Below are positions 38,843 to 51,312 of a DNA stretch of 64,000 bases, piece after piece. The translations under genes and the position numbers were made by a program. The notes under the pieces are model-generated. The model was not told the DNA's origin. It saw nothing but the letters and a program-made list of their open reading frames with translations, and made no database searches. The stretch's first letter is position 1, and each line of letters opens with the position of its first letter. Source of the DNA: Nymphaea colorata (Eukaryota); NCBI RefSeq assembly GCF_008831285.2, contig NC_045138.2, positions 13,826,001-13,890,000 on the forward strand. Reading direction: 5' to 3'.

Positions 38843-41329
38843 ATCTATTCATGGCCCTACCAGGTCAAACATTCCATTATGGCTGTGCCAACAGAACTGC
38901 CAAGGCAAACCAAGAAACTCAATTACTTGGTAAGGATGCACAAACAACAAGAGTAATATGATAGAAGATGCTAAGCAAAGTGAACCAATTGAAAACACAT
39001 GAACATAAACAAATTTTGAAAGTAGAAAGTGTTGTACTGACAAACAACTCAGAAAATGAAATAACTATTTTAAATTTTTAACATCCAAAATTCCTGAGAT
39101 CTTCAATACATAATCAAATTACCACAAATAAACAACTTGCTTTAGAGTTTTGCAAAATTCATTCATGAACAGAAATGAAAACGTTCACTTTTCGTTGCTT
39201 GAATTATGGATGGACTTAAATGTTCTTCTATGATTCCATCAGATACTTTTCAATGCACTCAAAATCACCTTGACCATACTTCACAAAACCTCTGTGATGA
39301 GTGAGGTCATTTGCCTTCTTTGCCCCTTGCACCTTCTCCTTCTTCATTTGTGTGCATACTTTGCACCACACAAGGTCTCCCACAAATTTCCCTTTTGTTA
39401 AAGTCTTCTTAAGCTTCTTTCCACTAAACAATCATTTTTTGCTAAATGTCTCACAAGTCCTTTAACTGGACGACTAAAATATGCTTTCTTTGGCTTTAAT
39501 TTCCAACCAAAAACTCCTAGCTTATACAGTTAATAATTTGAAAATTAACCACTCACAACAGCTAGTAGTTTGCCCTAGATATTCATTTTGAAGGCCAGGT
39601 TGGAGTTAGGCATGTAACATATTTGAGAACATCAGGAGGATATCCTTCGTACCATCCAAAATGTACCACAATGTTTCATAACATCCACATGCATAAAAAC
39701 TTGAGGTGACTTACTAGACCAGTTCTGTTAGATTCTGAAATTCAACAAGCTAGAGCTCGTTGATAGACCTAATGCACTTGGAACTGCACAAACAAGTAGA
39801 ATGACAAGGGGGTAGAAGAATACTGTTTAAGGAAGCCTTAGACCAAAAGAAACACCGAGAAAAAGTTGGTTACAACACCTAGAGATTCTGCCTGTGATAT
39901 GTTGCACTAATAACTGCTTGTGCTCCTAACTAAGGACAAGAAAAGCACTCATGGATCATGATCATCAATACATTAGTGTGCATGGTCAACACACTATCAA
40001 GTGCCAGTCTACAGAATTAGCAGAAAAACTGAGGAGAGACACTCAATAAGAACGAAGCACCAATTCACCTGGATAACCAAGTCAAATAAAATAACCCAAT
40101 TTCTGAACATCAAACAAAAGAAACAAACTTCAACGTCCAAATGAATCGAAGAAGTGCATGCAATCATCCTCATAAATAAATGACAGTGACCATCATATTA
40201 CCAAATATAATGAGGTTACACCGTTACAAGCACCGAAAGAACAGCAAGGACCAACAACAGACAGAGAATAATAGCCCAACTGAAACATCAAGTAGCAAAA
40301 TAGAAACGATAAAAACCATAACTGTGTGGTAATAAGAAGAATAAATGCATCCCAATACAATAGGATTAATAAAATGAAAAAAATCCAAGAAAAATGAGAT
40401 GGACTCCCCAATAACTGTGAAATCATTGACTACATTGAAGCAAAGAGCAAATGGAACTTGTGATCACTGTTTCATAGAGAAATGGACAGCATCCATTGCT
40501 AATTGTCAACCAATTTTGTAGCGAAAATTTTAAGAAAGAATGCAGAAGGGGGTTTCTTTCCCCAAAAACATTTGTTTTACAGGTAAAAAAAAAAAGAACA
40601 ATTTCGGCATACTAAAGCAAGATGTTAGGACCAAAACCAAAAAATCAATTTTGCCTTCAAACCGTAAACTTGCTTTAAGCAATCCATGCCCTCGTGACAC
40701 ACCAGTCCCGTTTCTGTGGGGTCCACGTCTCATAACACGATAAGAATTGAGAATGCATGTTCCTCAAGATTCGGCTGCACACTTTTTCAAGTCCCACATG
40801 AAAGGGAGGTTCAATGATCGATATATCAATGACATGATGAAAATGTATCTGTCCGATGCAGTAAAATCCCCTTGAAATATTGTATGGCCAAGAAGCAATG
40901 CACGACAATCTAGTCTACTCAATTGCACCAATCACTAACAGCTTGTGGTTACACGTTATGTCCAAACATGCAGGCGCAGAACCAGGATCTTTTCCTTTGG
41001 TAGGGTGTGGAATGCTGCAGGCCCATGGACTGTAAATATATGCGCACATATATAGACCACATTTAAGAAATCATAAACGTCCTTCATCTTCTCGTTAGTT
41101 AACCTACACTGAAAATTTTGAATTCATATAGACCAACGAGAGACAAATTAAACATGATCAAGCATCTAAAACTTTAAATGAGAAAAACAGAAACATATTA
41201 AAAAACTGAAAAGCCAATAAAAAGGCTAAACTTGACAATTGACATGTAATTACCGAAATGCTAAATTCATACTGTATACGCTCAAAGTCTTCAATCAAAT
41301 GTAGAGAATGTCGTGGAGACAGATACCAA

Positions 41330-41890
41330 AATGATAGAATACGCCATTCAGAAATAGAGGTGAGAGAGAGAGAGAGAGAGGCGAGCGCCCCGGACGCCGG
41401 TGGCCCTAGTTCCCAGGCTGCAGCAGATAGGGCTGCCATCGACACTCGACATAGAGAGACAGATAGAGGCCAGGGCCGCCAGTCAGCTATTGCTGGCGGC
41501 CGCCCCTCGTTTGCAGGCACAGAGGGCTCTCCAAAGGAGCAGAGCAAAAGGGGGCTGGCGCCTGGCCGACGGCCCTGAGCCTCAATCGAGATAGAGAGAT
41601 AGAGGGAAAGAGAGACCTATAGATGCACCGCCCGCCGCCGGCCAATTGCAGAGGAGAACCGGGTTGCCGGCCGTCTGCCGTACGGAGAGGCCGAGAGGGA
41701 AAGAGGCGCTGGTTCGCTGAAAGAGGGCAAGGGCCAAAGGGGAACCCTCGACTCGACGACCCCCCTGTACAGAATCTGTAAGAATTAAAAACCTGTTTGA
41801 GAAAGTAAGTCCTGCAGTAAAAGGACGTTTTTAACGTCGTCCCCTTTTCCGCCTTCAATTGGAGAGAGAGAGAGAGAGAACGTGAACATG
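41330..41890 (-). promoter_or_regulatory. GC-rich, GA/TC-repeat region: probable promoter and non-coding first exon of the EPL1-like gene
   Basis: CpG-rich island with (GA)n tracts (about 41362-41380 and 41862-41879), about 2.5-3 kb upstream of the EPL1 ATG. Typical of plant housekeeping 5' ends with a long leader intron. Exact TSS and splice sites not determined. Confidence 0.5.
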
Positions 41891-43331
41891 GAGGAAGAGA
41901 GATCATATGAGATTTCAGGATCTGCAATTTATCCACCAGCCGGAATCCGTTCGACAACACCGGAGCTTATTACGTTTTGAATTTGGGATAAGGGTAGCCA
42001 CATAGAGAGGGAGGGAAATGTGTATATACCGTATCCAAATTCAACTTTTTACATTTACAGTATCAATTCAGTCTGAATCGACTTTAAATTTGCATCCAAA
42101 TCCCAATACGGCCTTTCAAGTACAGAATTGAATCCAAAACTGATCGTAATATCCAAATCCATTCAAGTCCTATCGAATATCATTTCTTATATCCGATCAT
42201 GATCTGATCTTTTAATTGGATATTAAATGTTTATCGGTATCCAACTTTTCTAAGGCTGCTCAATTGGACATCCAATCTTCTTAATCCAACTCATTTGACA
42301 CCCTTAAATTCGAGTGTCACAGAGCTGATGAAACAAAAAAATTCCAAGAGATTCAAATTTGTTTTTTCATATACCATGTGTCCGGATCCGCCTTCCAATT
42401 GGATTTTGTAAATCCGATCCAGCTAGTTTTCTTGATCTCAAATCCTCTTAAACTAGGAACCCATTCTCTACTAGCAACTGAATCAGAGAAACCATTTGTA
42501 GCATAATTCTGGTCTATCTGTAACCAAATTGCTATTGTTGTAGAAACTTGAATTTGGGACCAAATCAGTAAGACCTGGATAGAAGCCGAACTTAACTCGT
42601 GTCTACTAATTAAATGGCAGGTTGGAAACTGCAATATTTTTTCACTAAAGTGATCAGACATCGATTCAACCGATCGATAGTTGACAGTGAATCACGTTAA
42701 TAAGAAGTTAACAATTCCTGATTTTTTCAACTCATTTTTTATCTCATTTTTTCACTTTTTTTTTTCTCTCCCCTTCTAATTTCATTTTTTCACAATTATC
42801 TTCTCCGCTTTATAATCGGTAAATCTTATCATTAAAGAGAAAGAGACCTGAAAAGCCAATCTGGTTTTAAAGCTGGTTATTTTTACTTGAAAATTATTAA
42901 GTAAGATATTAGTGATTCGATTGTTGTTTACTGTTTTCTGAAGTCAACAAATAAGAATAAAATTAAATACTTGGGGAAAAAATATAAAAAAAAAAAAGCC
43001 TTGGAATGGTTTTTCCAAACGTTATACTGCTGAATTTATTATTAGTTGCACTGGTAAAAAGCATAATTAGTAGATTAACATGCACTCATAACATGGACCA
43101 GTTATGGTACTACCGCAAAGACATTGTTATAAGCAAACTTTTATACTCCATTTCGGAAGCACAGCATTAAGCAATCTAAAACAACCAATTTACACAGCCA
43201 AGCTCTCTTACAATATAACAACCACAAACTATATATAAGGTTCTAATGGAAAGAACAACTTTCTTTTTGTCCTGAGATAAACAATATCCAGATCTATATA
43301 TCACGGTTCTCAACGTTCTTGTTGGTTCAGT

Positions 43332-45797
43332 TCATCCTTTATGAGGCATAGGTATTGCACTCAAGGGAACTGATTTCTTCAAGCTAATTCCCAGCTTTTC
43401 ACTCATGTCAATCGTCTCTGGGGTGACTCCCTGAGGCAGAACCCAACCAAAAGAGTGCAACAAAGCCCCCAAAGTAAGGGGAAGCATTCTATGGGCCAAA
43501 GGCATCCCGGGACACATCCTCCTGCCGGAGCCGAAAGGAAGGTACTCAAAGTGTCGGCCCTTGTAATCGATGGTGGAGTCCAAGAACCTCTCCGGCTTGA
43601 AGCAGTGTGGTTCTTCCCATGCTTTTGGGTCTCTGCCAATGGCCCATGCATTAACGAGCACTTGGGAATGTAGTAACCCATGAGGGTGCATGCCTCCCTG
43701 GCTTTGTGAGGAACCATTAGAGGCAAAGGCGGGTGCATCCTCACTGTCTCCTTGATCACTGCTCTCAAGTATGGCAGGTCCTCTATATCTTCCTCTTCGA
43801 TCCTGCGGTGCCGGCCGAAGAGCTCAGACAGCAACTTGGCCATGACAGCGGGGTCGTGGAGGAGCTCTGTTAGTGCCCATTCCACAGTGCTCGTCGTCCT
43901 AGTGTCTGTGCCGGCGATGAACATTTCCTGGGCATCATGCAAAGAAGAAAAAAACACACACTTTAGTACGATGGATTAAGCTGCTTCTCCAAAAAAAAAA
44001 TTATCATACTTGTAAGACTGAAGATCCAAAACCGATTTGATGTCATGGAATTTAGATGGACCAGGAATAATGTTAATATATGTGTATTCTTGTGAACATG
44101 AATATTTTGGGAATTTGAAATTTTGGGTCTATTCAAATCCAGGTTTGAACGGTAAGGCATTAATTTAATTGGCAAGTACCTGACCATCAGATCCATTAAT
44201 GTCTGAGGTGGGCAGATCACATGCGGTGGACTTTGTGTCGGATTGCTATCCTGTTCTATGCTATTTTTATATCTATGTCCATTTTTAGGTGCTACACTTC
44301 CTGAGCTTATATGTATTGGAGACCCGTTTTGAACATTAATTAGACTTGACAAGTGAATCTTTTGTTTGAAACGCACAAGACACGGACAAGTAGTTCAAGC
44401 ATATGCCATAGCTATACATAAGGCCATCATCTATATATGCTGCTTCTAGTTATGTGACTGAAAGTCTGAAAAGTGAGTGGAGAGCTGTATGTCAAAACCA
44501 GTCCAACGTTCTACACTTCATGAAATGGAACATGTTACCCATGAGCCATGCATTTAGGTTCAAGAATGTGTCGGGCATGCATGCGCCTAAATACGTGCTT
44601 GGACTTGCAGGAGTATTAACTCCCAAGAACTGAACAGCTGTACTCTACAGAGCCTGCCACTTAGCGGGTTTTGGTTTAAGATCTTGAAATTGAAGAAGGT
44701 CAAGGGTTCCATGATCTAGTACTGCAAGTAGTTACGCCCAGCTTCCCTACTCCACAAAAGATCAGAAAGAGAGAGCGAGATTTCGTGGCCTACTTCGAGC
44801 ATTCCTCTGGTTTCAGAAGTTTTCATGAATACGCATGAAGACCAACTTGATTTAGGAGAATATATTAGCAGAAAGACTTACCAGTGCAATTCCATTAATG
44901 ACAGTAGGAGAGAATTTGGCAGGTTCATCTTTGCCGTCGCCTTTGAAATCCAGCAGCACATCCAGAAAATCCTTCTTTCCCGGCTCCTCTTTGACCTTAC
45001 TTGCAGCTTGAAGCCTTTCTCCGGCGAACCCACCTATTATATCGAAGGCCTTCTTCGTATAGCAGCGCGACTTTCTCTTTATGCCCTGCGGATCTAGCCA
45101 CTTCAAAAGGGGCACAAAGTCTGCCAAGTTATGTTTCCCCACCAACTCCATGATCTTACCAGCAAGGACAAAGAACTCGTTTCCTTGCTCGCACTTGGGA
45201 TCAACCAGGTCCCTAGAGAACATAAGGTTCCCAAGAAGGTTGAAGTTCATCAGGAACACAAGCTTGGGGACGACAATCGCATCCTTGCCATCACCACTTT
45301 CTTGTCTGATGAAGCTCACCATGGAGTCGATGCACTGCCTCCGGACGCCCTTCATGGCCAGAAGGCGATTGCTGGAGAAGAACTCCAGAGCGCAGGGGCG
45401 GCGAAGAAGACGCCAGAAGGGGTTATACTGGGCAGTGATGATGGAAGCCGTCTGGTTGTTCGCCACAGTCCCATGGCCGTCGTCTAAGATATCGATTTTC
45501 ATGGCTTCATAGAGCGTGCGCCCTGCGAGCGACAAGTCATGAACTTTGTACATCTCGCGGGCTGCGTCGCGGGACGAGGCTACGACGGTCCTCATACAGC
45601 CGAGCCTGAGGGTCATGACCGGGCCATACTTGGCGGCGAGGTTCGCAAGGGCTTGGTGAGACCTCGAGTGCGAGAACATGTTGCCCACAACGGGCCAGGC
45701 TAGCGGGCCTGGTGGCATACGAACGAAGGTATGGCAATAGAAGCAACAAGCAAACACATATAACTGCGCCCTCTAACATGCTAATCTCCAGAACCAT
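43332..45797 (-). pseudogene. CYP76: Cytochrome P450 CYP76-family (CYP76A/G-like) pseudogene, 2 exons
   Basis: Exon 1 45797-44882, exon 2 43927-43332. The membrane anchor MVLEISMLEGAVICVCLLLLLPY is out of frame with PPGPLAWPVVGN (shift near 45718). A second shift near 43663 separates GYYIPK from QVLVNAWAIGRDP. I-helix AGTDTRTTSTVEWA carries one extra residue. ETVR, PERF and heme motif FGSGRRMCPG are intact. Confidence 0.85.
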
Positions 45798-48700
45798 GCT
45801 GGAAACTAAATGGCATATAACTGGATTGCAGTCTGAAGAGAGAGACAACATTGAGGCGAATGGACAGTGATCTAAAGAGAGAGAGAGAGGGGGAAAAGAG
45901 TACTGTTGGGGAGAGAGAGAAGTGCATGCCTTGAGTCGAGATGATCTCCAAATTCCAATTGCTTTTGCCATCAATAAGTAGAGAAAAAACAAAATACAAT
46001 CTAACTTTGAGATCTATCTTTCAGTATCCTGATGAAGCAACATAATAAAGTTTGAACTCTGTAGTTTAGTTTGAAAACTCAATTGCACAGAACCTTCTTT
46101 CTTATAATCACCAATCTTCAGTATTCATCGCAATGAAAAGAAAATGGACTAAGCTCGAGGCCACATCTCATCTGCATATGGGCAGCTTCTCCTTAATTTG
46201 TAATTGGTCATCATAATGACGACGACTGGATCATGTGCAGAACTTCCTAGAGTAGGAAGAACTGACATGCGATTCAATTTGCAACAAAAGTGATCAAATC
46301 AACCTGAATCGATCATGTAGAGATTCGGGCTCCATGTTAAATGCCGCCAACTCAGTTAAGGTGGCGGATCTCTATCATTCGTTTTCTCAAGTGAAAAGGA
46401 AATGATCAAAGTGCAAGTCACATTGGTTAATAATGTCACTCAATTTGATTCTATAAGCAGTCTTTGACACCGCATACTCGCATACTAATCGAAATATTCG
46501 TCAAGTTACTAAAATAATCCATTAAAAAAAGGACTAGAAACAAGCAAGCGGATATTTAATACGTGAACCAACGTTTTTTTTTTTTTTTTTACTATATGCA
46601 TCTTCTCTTATTTTAATATATATATGGCATTCATTCTCTTACATTCAAAACCCTTATCTGCTTCGAATATAAAAAAACATGCATATCACTTGGCTATTAA
46701 TTTAAACTGTTCACATGAGAAGCGCAAGAATATAGTTTCCACGTTCTTCACATGTTCATTCTGTAGATTGGTACTCAGTTCCGCCATGTGCGCTACATGC
46801 TGAGATGTAGATGACTAATTTATTTAATTTAAACTACAGATAGCATCTGCTTACAGCATTTAAAGATAATTATATAATCATTTTTTAATGAATTTGAGAA
46901 AAAAAAAACACTGATTTCTTTTTTCTGTACCTTTTTTTCTCACCTTATTTAATTAATTTACTCGTTCAGTCCGATCCATAATTATATCCTGGTTCGGTTT
47001 AAGATCCGGTAACTACATCTGGATCAGTTCTATGATGTTCCAGCGGAAGATATTGATATCTGACCCGAGCGGAGCTTCCAAGTCCTGTTGGTTGGATTTT
47101 GATTCATGTATATATATATACCCGACCCGGATCTAACGATTTAACATCCAAATGGCGCTTTCGTGATTTCTGGGGAGTCCAGGTCGGAAGTGGAGGACCT
47201 GGTAAAGGAAGGCGCGTGGGGGTCGCGTCCCGCCCGTGTGGTTCCCCCCGATAACGGCCTGTCCGCGGACGGAGTCTCTTCCGAGTGGAACACACGGACT
47301 CCGTCTTCCCTCGTTTTCCAACGCTAATTACCAAAACACCCTTATCCACGATCCAACGCCTTTTTCTTCTTTTCAGCGTTTGGTTTTTCCGTAAATAATG
47401 CGTATAGTTAGGATACTTTTTTGGGATTTCGGCTTGGCATGCTCGGACCCATAGATTAATTCCGATTCGTTTTTTTTTAAATTAAGAACACCTACTTTTT
47501 ATTGTTGGAGTACATCTAAGTTATTTTAAGGTTAATATAAACATCGATTAGTTTATTCATCTCAAATCAATTTTTGCAAAAAATGTTGTCCCACAATCTA
47601 GTGTCAGATTAAATTTAATTTTCTAAATTATTTTGTGCCAATGAAAGAATAAAGAAAAAGTTTTTAAAAATCTAAAAATTAAACATATGTTGAGGTTTAC
47701 TTTCTTAACTTCTAAAACAATTTTGCTTGTTTGTCCTTTTCTTATGTGACATGCCTTAATATATAAGTGCGGAATGGACCTCATTCAAACCTACTATGCT
47801 TGAATGGACTGAGTCCACGGATTTTTTACCTACAGCATCATGAAATTTTAGCAGGTCTTTTTCTCATTATATCTGGATACCAAGGTGACATCATTTTCTA
47901 TGTAATCTCCGGATTTCAAATTTTATTTTTTCCTGGATAAAAGAAGCTTAACGGGAGCCTTAATGCTGGTTTTCCATCTTTTGTCGAACTAAAGGCTTAA
48001 GATACAAGTTGTGGATTCGGATTTTGCATTGGCGATCTGGACCCAGTCCAAGTGCTCTAGGTGGAAGTGGACCCGTTCAAGATGAGCTAACGGTAGTTGA
48101 GAGTAAGGCTGTCAACTGTCAGGGGCTTGGGTCCCGGGTCTGAGATGGGACCCATATCGAAAGGTACGTGACTGTATTATGGGCAGTTTCTGAATGCAGC
48201 ATCTGGATATGGATCCCGGTATATCAGTTCAAATCAGTATTCCAATAAGGAATGTCAGCTAGGTCAACTTTACTTACACTGCAAAGAATAGGGGAAAAGA
48301 AGAACACCACATAGAAGTGGGACCCGCTCGGTGTGCAGTTATCAATACATGATCCATGCAGGTGAGATAACTAGATCCAGATTATCCGCAATCCAGATTT
48401 ATCCAGAAAAAGTGGGATAAATCAGTGAAACTGAGTTTCGATGATGACCCTTTGTCCTGAATTTCGAGTTTTTGCGTTTTTCCAAGTTTTTAAATGTGAC
48501 CCATAAAAGATAGGTTCGGTCATGGATTTGGTTCCAATAACGTGATAGAGGTAGGATCCATATGGAATTTATGGTGGCACATTTATTCTCGGTTGGGCTC
48601 CAGGCCTGAATCCAGACAAGAATACCATGGATACACTCATTTATGTGGATCCAGACTAAGACGTCATGCCAGTAGGATCCAACCCATAGACAGTCAGCCC

Positions 48701-49191
48701 CTACATCCATAACGCCAACTGGACCAAGCAAATGGGAGTAAAAGTGAATCCAATTCAAAAGAAGGGTCACATGATATTTTCGATAAAAACCGAGCACCCC
48801 AAAGGACTTTTACTGCTCCAGAGTGGTTTCTTAGTAAAATTGAGATTTACTGACTTCAATTTGAGAATTCTAGATAATAAGATGACTTTAAATTATTTTA
48901 ACGCATAAGAGAAGACAAATAATCGAAGATAAGTTCCTCCCGTTAATTTTGCTTCTTATCGGCCCCGTACCAATCCTAAATGCCCTTCTGCTAAAGGGAT
49001 ATCACGAAAGCCTGAATCGTCATTTAGGCAAAAGAGTAGAGGCTCTTTCGTAATTAGGCGACCATCCCTTGTCTAGAAGCCCTTCCGCTACGCCCATCAT
49101 TTTTTACCATTTTAGTTTTTTATTTTTTTTAAGACAAATTAATTAATTAATTTTTGTGCACCGAGTCAAGCACGCGGTACATTTGGTCTCG

Positions 49192-49198
49192 TATAAAA
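49192..49198 (+). promoter_or_regulatory. Candidate TATA box for the ROH1-like gene, with a CGCG box (ACGCGG, 49172-49177) just upstream
   Basis: TATAAAA followed by a GA-rich leader, then a T-rich, intron-like stretch ending in ttctgtag at 50076 before the ATG at 50143. Confidence 0.5.
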
Positions 49199-50142
49199 GG
49201 GGAAGGAGGGGCCGACGGGAGATGCAAGAGAACGGAAAAGAAAACAGAGAGAGAGAGAGAGAGAGAGGGAGGGAGCGGGAACGATCGATCCGCCATGGCC
49301 GTCAGGGAGAACCTTGTTCAATGATCAGCGAGTCCGAAGGTACCTCCCCGAAACTGCGACCTTCTGAACCAGCTTTTTTGCCGTCCCGCGGATTTCCCGG
49401 GAGCCACTCCCGCTCTTTTCGTCGCTAGCTCTGGTGGTTCCGGATCCTTAGTGAGGGTAGCTTATATTTTAAGGGGTTTTCCGTTTCTCCTGCTGGTGGA
49501 GCGCTCGCGGGTGCGGGATTCTGCGTCCGTTTCTCTCCGGAACCTGGAGATTTTGGCGTGCGGTTGGATCTAGGGTTTTTTTTGGGGGTCTCTTGCTGTC
49601 CACTTTGGTTCTTTGGGTGGGGAAAGTTGTTTTTTTTTTTTTTTGGTCCGGTGAATGTTTGTGGTGCTCCTGGGTTGGCAGTTCGAGATCTAACAGAATT
49701 CGACCTAAAGGAGAGTCTTTTGGGGTTTCTGTGAACGGGTTTATCACCTTCCCTTCTTAGTCGTTTTGATTCCCTTAGTAAGTTTTTGTGCGTCAATTTT
49801 GGCGTTTCTCTGGTTCCCATCGCCGATTGGGGTATTTAGAAGGAGGAAGTTTAAAATTTTCTTGTTTGTTCTGTGTTTTGATTTGCTTTCTTCGTTTCGT
49901 TGTTTGTCATTTCGAGAAAATATTTGTGTTCCGGAGGCGTTTGATTTTCCTTTTTTTGGGTGGAAATTTGTCCTTTGTTGTGTAGTTTCTTGCTCTAAGT
50001 TTGCAAAGAGTGTCTTCTCGTGTAGTATATCGTCAAGTGAGGTCTTGATTCTACTTCTTCCTTGTCCGTTCTGTAGTTTCTTCGGTATAAGCTCTTCTGT
50101 CTGTGTCTTGTATGGGATGGTGAGAAGCCTTCTCTTGTAAGA

Positions 50143-51312
50143 ATGCCTGCTACCGATTATCAAGGTTCTTCTGTGCCTTTTGCATCAATAGGGCGTTCAA
50201 TTTTGAGTATAAGGCGTGATCAGGTTCATTCTATGGAAGGGAATTTGGAGTCTGCCTCTGCTCAAGACCAGAGACTTGAGGCTTTCCAGCGCATGGTCAC
50301 TGAAAACTTCCACGACCTTTCATCTTGCAACCCTGACGAGTTCCTTTCACTGTCATGGATTAGTCGCCTCCTTGATGGGTTCCTTTCCTGCCAAGAGGAG
50401 TTCAGGGCAATCCTTCAAAGCCATCGGTTTCAGTTCGCCAAACCCCCGCTTGACCGCCAGACGTCTGAATTTTTTGAGCGCAGTGTCAAGGCGCTTGATA
50501 TATGCAATGCCATTCGCGATGGAATTGAGCAGGTCCGACAATGGCGCAAGCAACTTGAGATCGTTCTGTCTGCATTGGATTCGCGCCAGCGCACTCTCGG
50601 TGAGGGGCAGTTCCGGAGGGCAAAGAAAGCATTGACTGACTTGTCCATCGGGATGCTCGAGGAAAAGGAAGGAGGGTCTGTTCTAGCTCAGAGAAATAGG
50701 TCTTTTGGACGCAATTCCAGCAAAGAGCGATCGGTGGGGCATTTTAGATCCCTTTCGTGGAGTGTATCTCGCTCTTGGTCAGCAGCTCGCCAACTTCAGG
50801 CTATTGGGAACAACCTTAACGCTCCTCGTCACAATGACGTCTTAGCGACCGGTGGGCTTGCGGTGCTTGTATACACCATGAACACAGTTCTTCTATTTGT
50901 TATGTGGGTTCTAGTTGCAGCAATACCTTGTCAAGATAGGGGCCTTCAAATGCATTTCTCAGTTCCGCGTAACTTCTCATGGGCTGCTGCTGTGCTTTCC
51001 CTGCATGAGAAGATAGTGGAGGAATCCAAGAAGAGGGATCGCAGGAACTCATGTGGGCTGCTTAAGGAGATACACCAAATTGAAAAATGTGCACGTCATA
51101 TAACAGAGTTGGCAGATTCTGTCCACCTCCCGCTGTCTGTGGATAAGGAGAAGGAAGTAAGGCAACGAGTTGAGGAGTTAGGCCAGGTATGTGAAGTATT
51201 GAAAGATGGGCTCGATCCGCTTGAGCACCAGGTTAGGAATGTCTTCCACAGGATCGTTCATAGCCGAACTGAGGGCCTTGATTGTTTGGGAAGGCCACAC
51301 AGTTCCGAGTAA
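50143..51312 (+). CDS. ROH1: ROH1-like / DUF793 (BPS1-like family) protein, 389 aa, intronless CDS
   Basis: Single 389-aa ORF starting [10 protein letters not shown], with family motifs [63 protein letters not shown] and [17 protein letters not shown]. Confidence 0.9.
   Translation: MPATDYQGSSVPFASIGRSILSIRRDQVHSMEGNLESASAQDQRLEAFQRMVTENFHDLSSCNPDEFLSLSWISRLLDGFLSCQEEFRAILQSHRFQFAKPPLDRQTSEFFERSVKALDICNAIRDGIEQVRQWRKQLEIVLSALDSRQRTLGEGQFRRAKKALTDLSIGMLEEKEGGSVLAQRNRSFGRNSSKERSVGHFRSLSWSVSRSWSAARQLQAIGNNLNAPRHNDVLATGGLAVLVYTMNTVLLFVMWVLVAAIPCQDRGLQMHFSVPRNFSWAAAVLSLHEKIVEESKKRDRRNSCGLLKEIHQIEKCARHITELADSVHLPLSVDKEKEVRQRVEELGQVCEVLKDGLDPLEHQVRNVFHRIVHSRTEGLDCLGRPHSSE

Noticed and set aside
39228..39500. 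Lys-rich 67-aa ORF with CxxC, possibly a transposase relic
   Set aside because: No convincing motif, TIR or continuation; too weak to call.
41158..41960. Several overlapping ORFs of 100-157 aa on both strands
   Set aside because: Low-complexity products (SLSLSL, RERER) arising from GC-rich, GA-repeat promoter or leader DNA; no recognisable domain.
45081..45512. Plus-strand ORFs of 143 and 118 aa
   Set aside because: Antisense shadows of the GC-rich CYP76 exon 1.
48000..48740. GGATC/ATCC-rich patches here and near 35700-35950, 41990-42310, 44130-44330 and 46960-47150, plus cctagg motifs at 63670-63985
   Set aside because: They look like decayed MITE/hAT-type repeats, but I could not define paired TIRs or TSDs, so no element is called.
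49156..50163. ORFs of 90-139 aa upstream of or antisense to the ROH1-like CDS
   Set aside because: They translate the GA-rich leader and T-rich intron, have biased composition and show no motifs.
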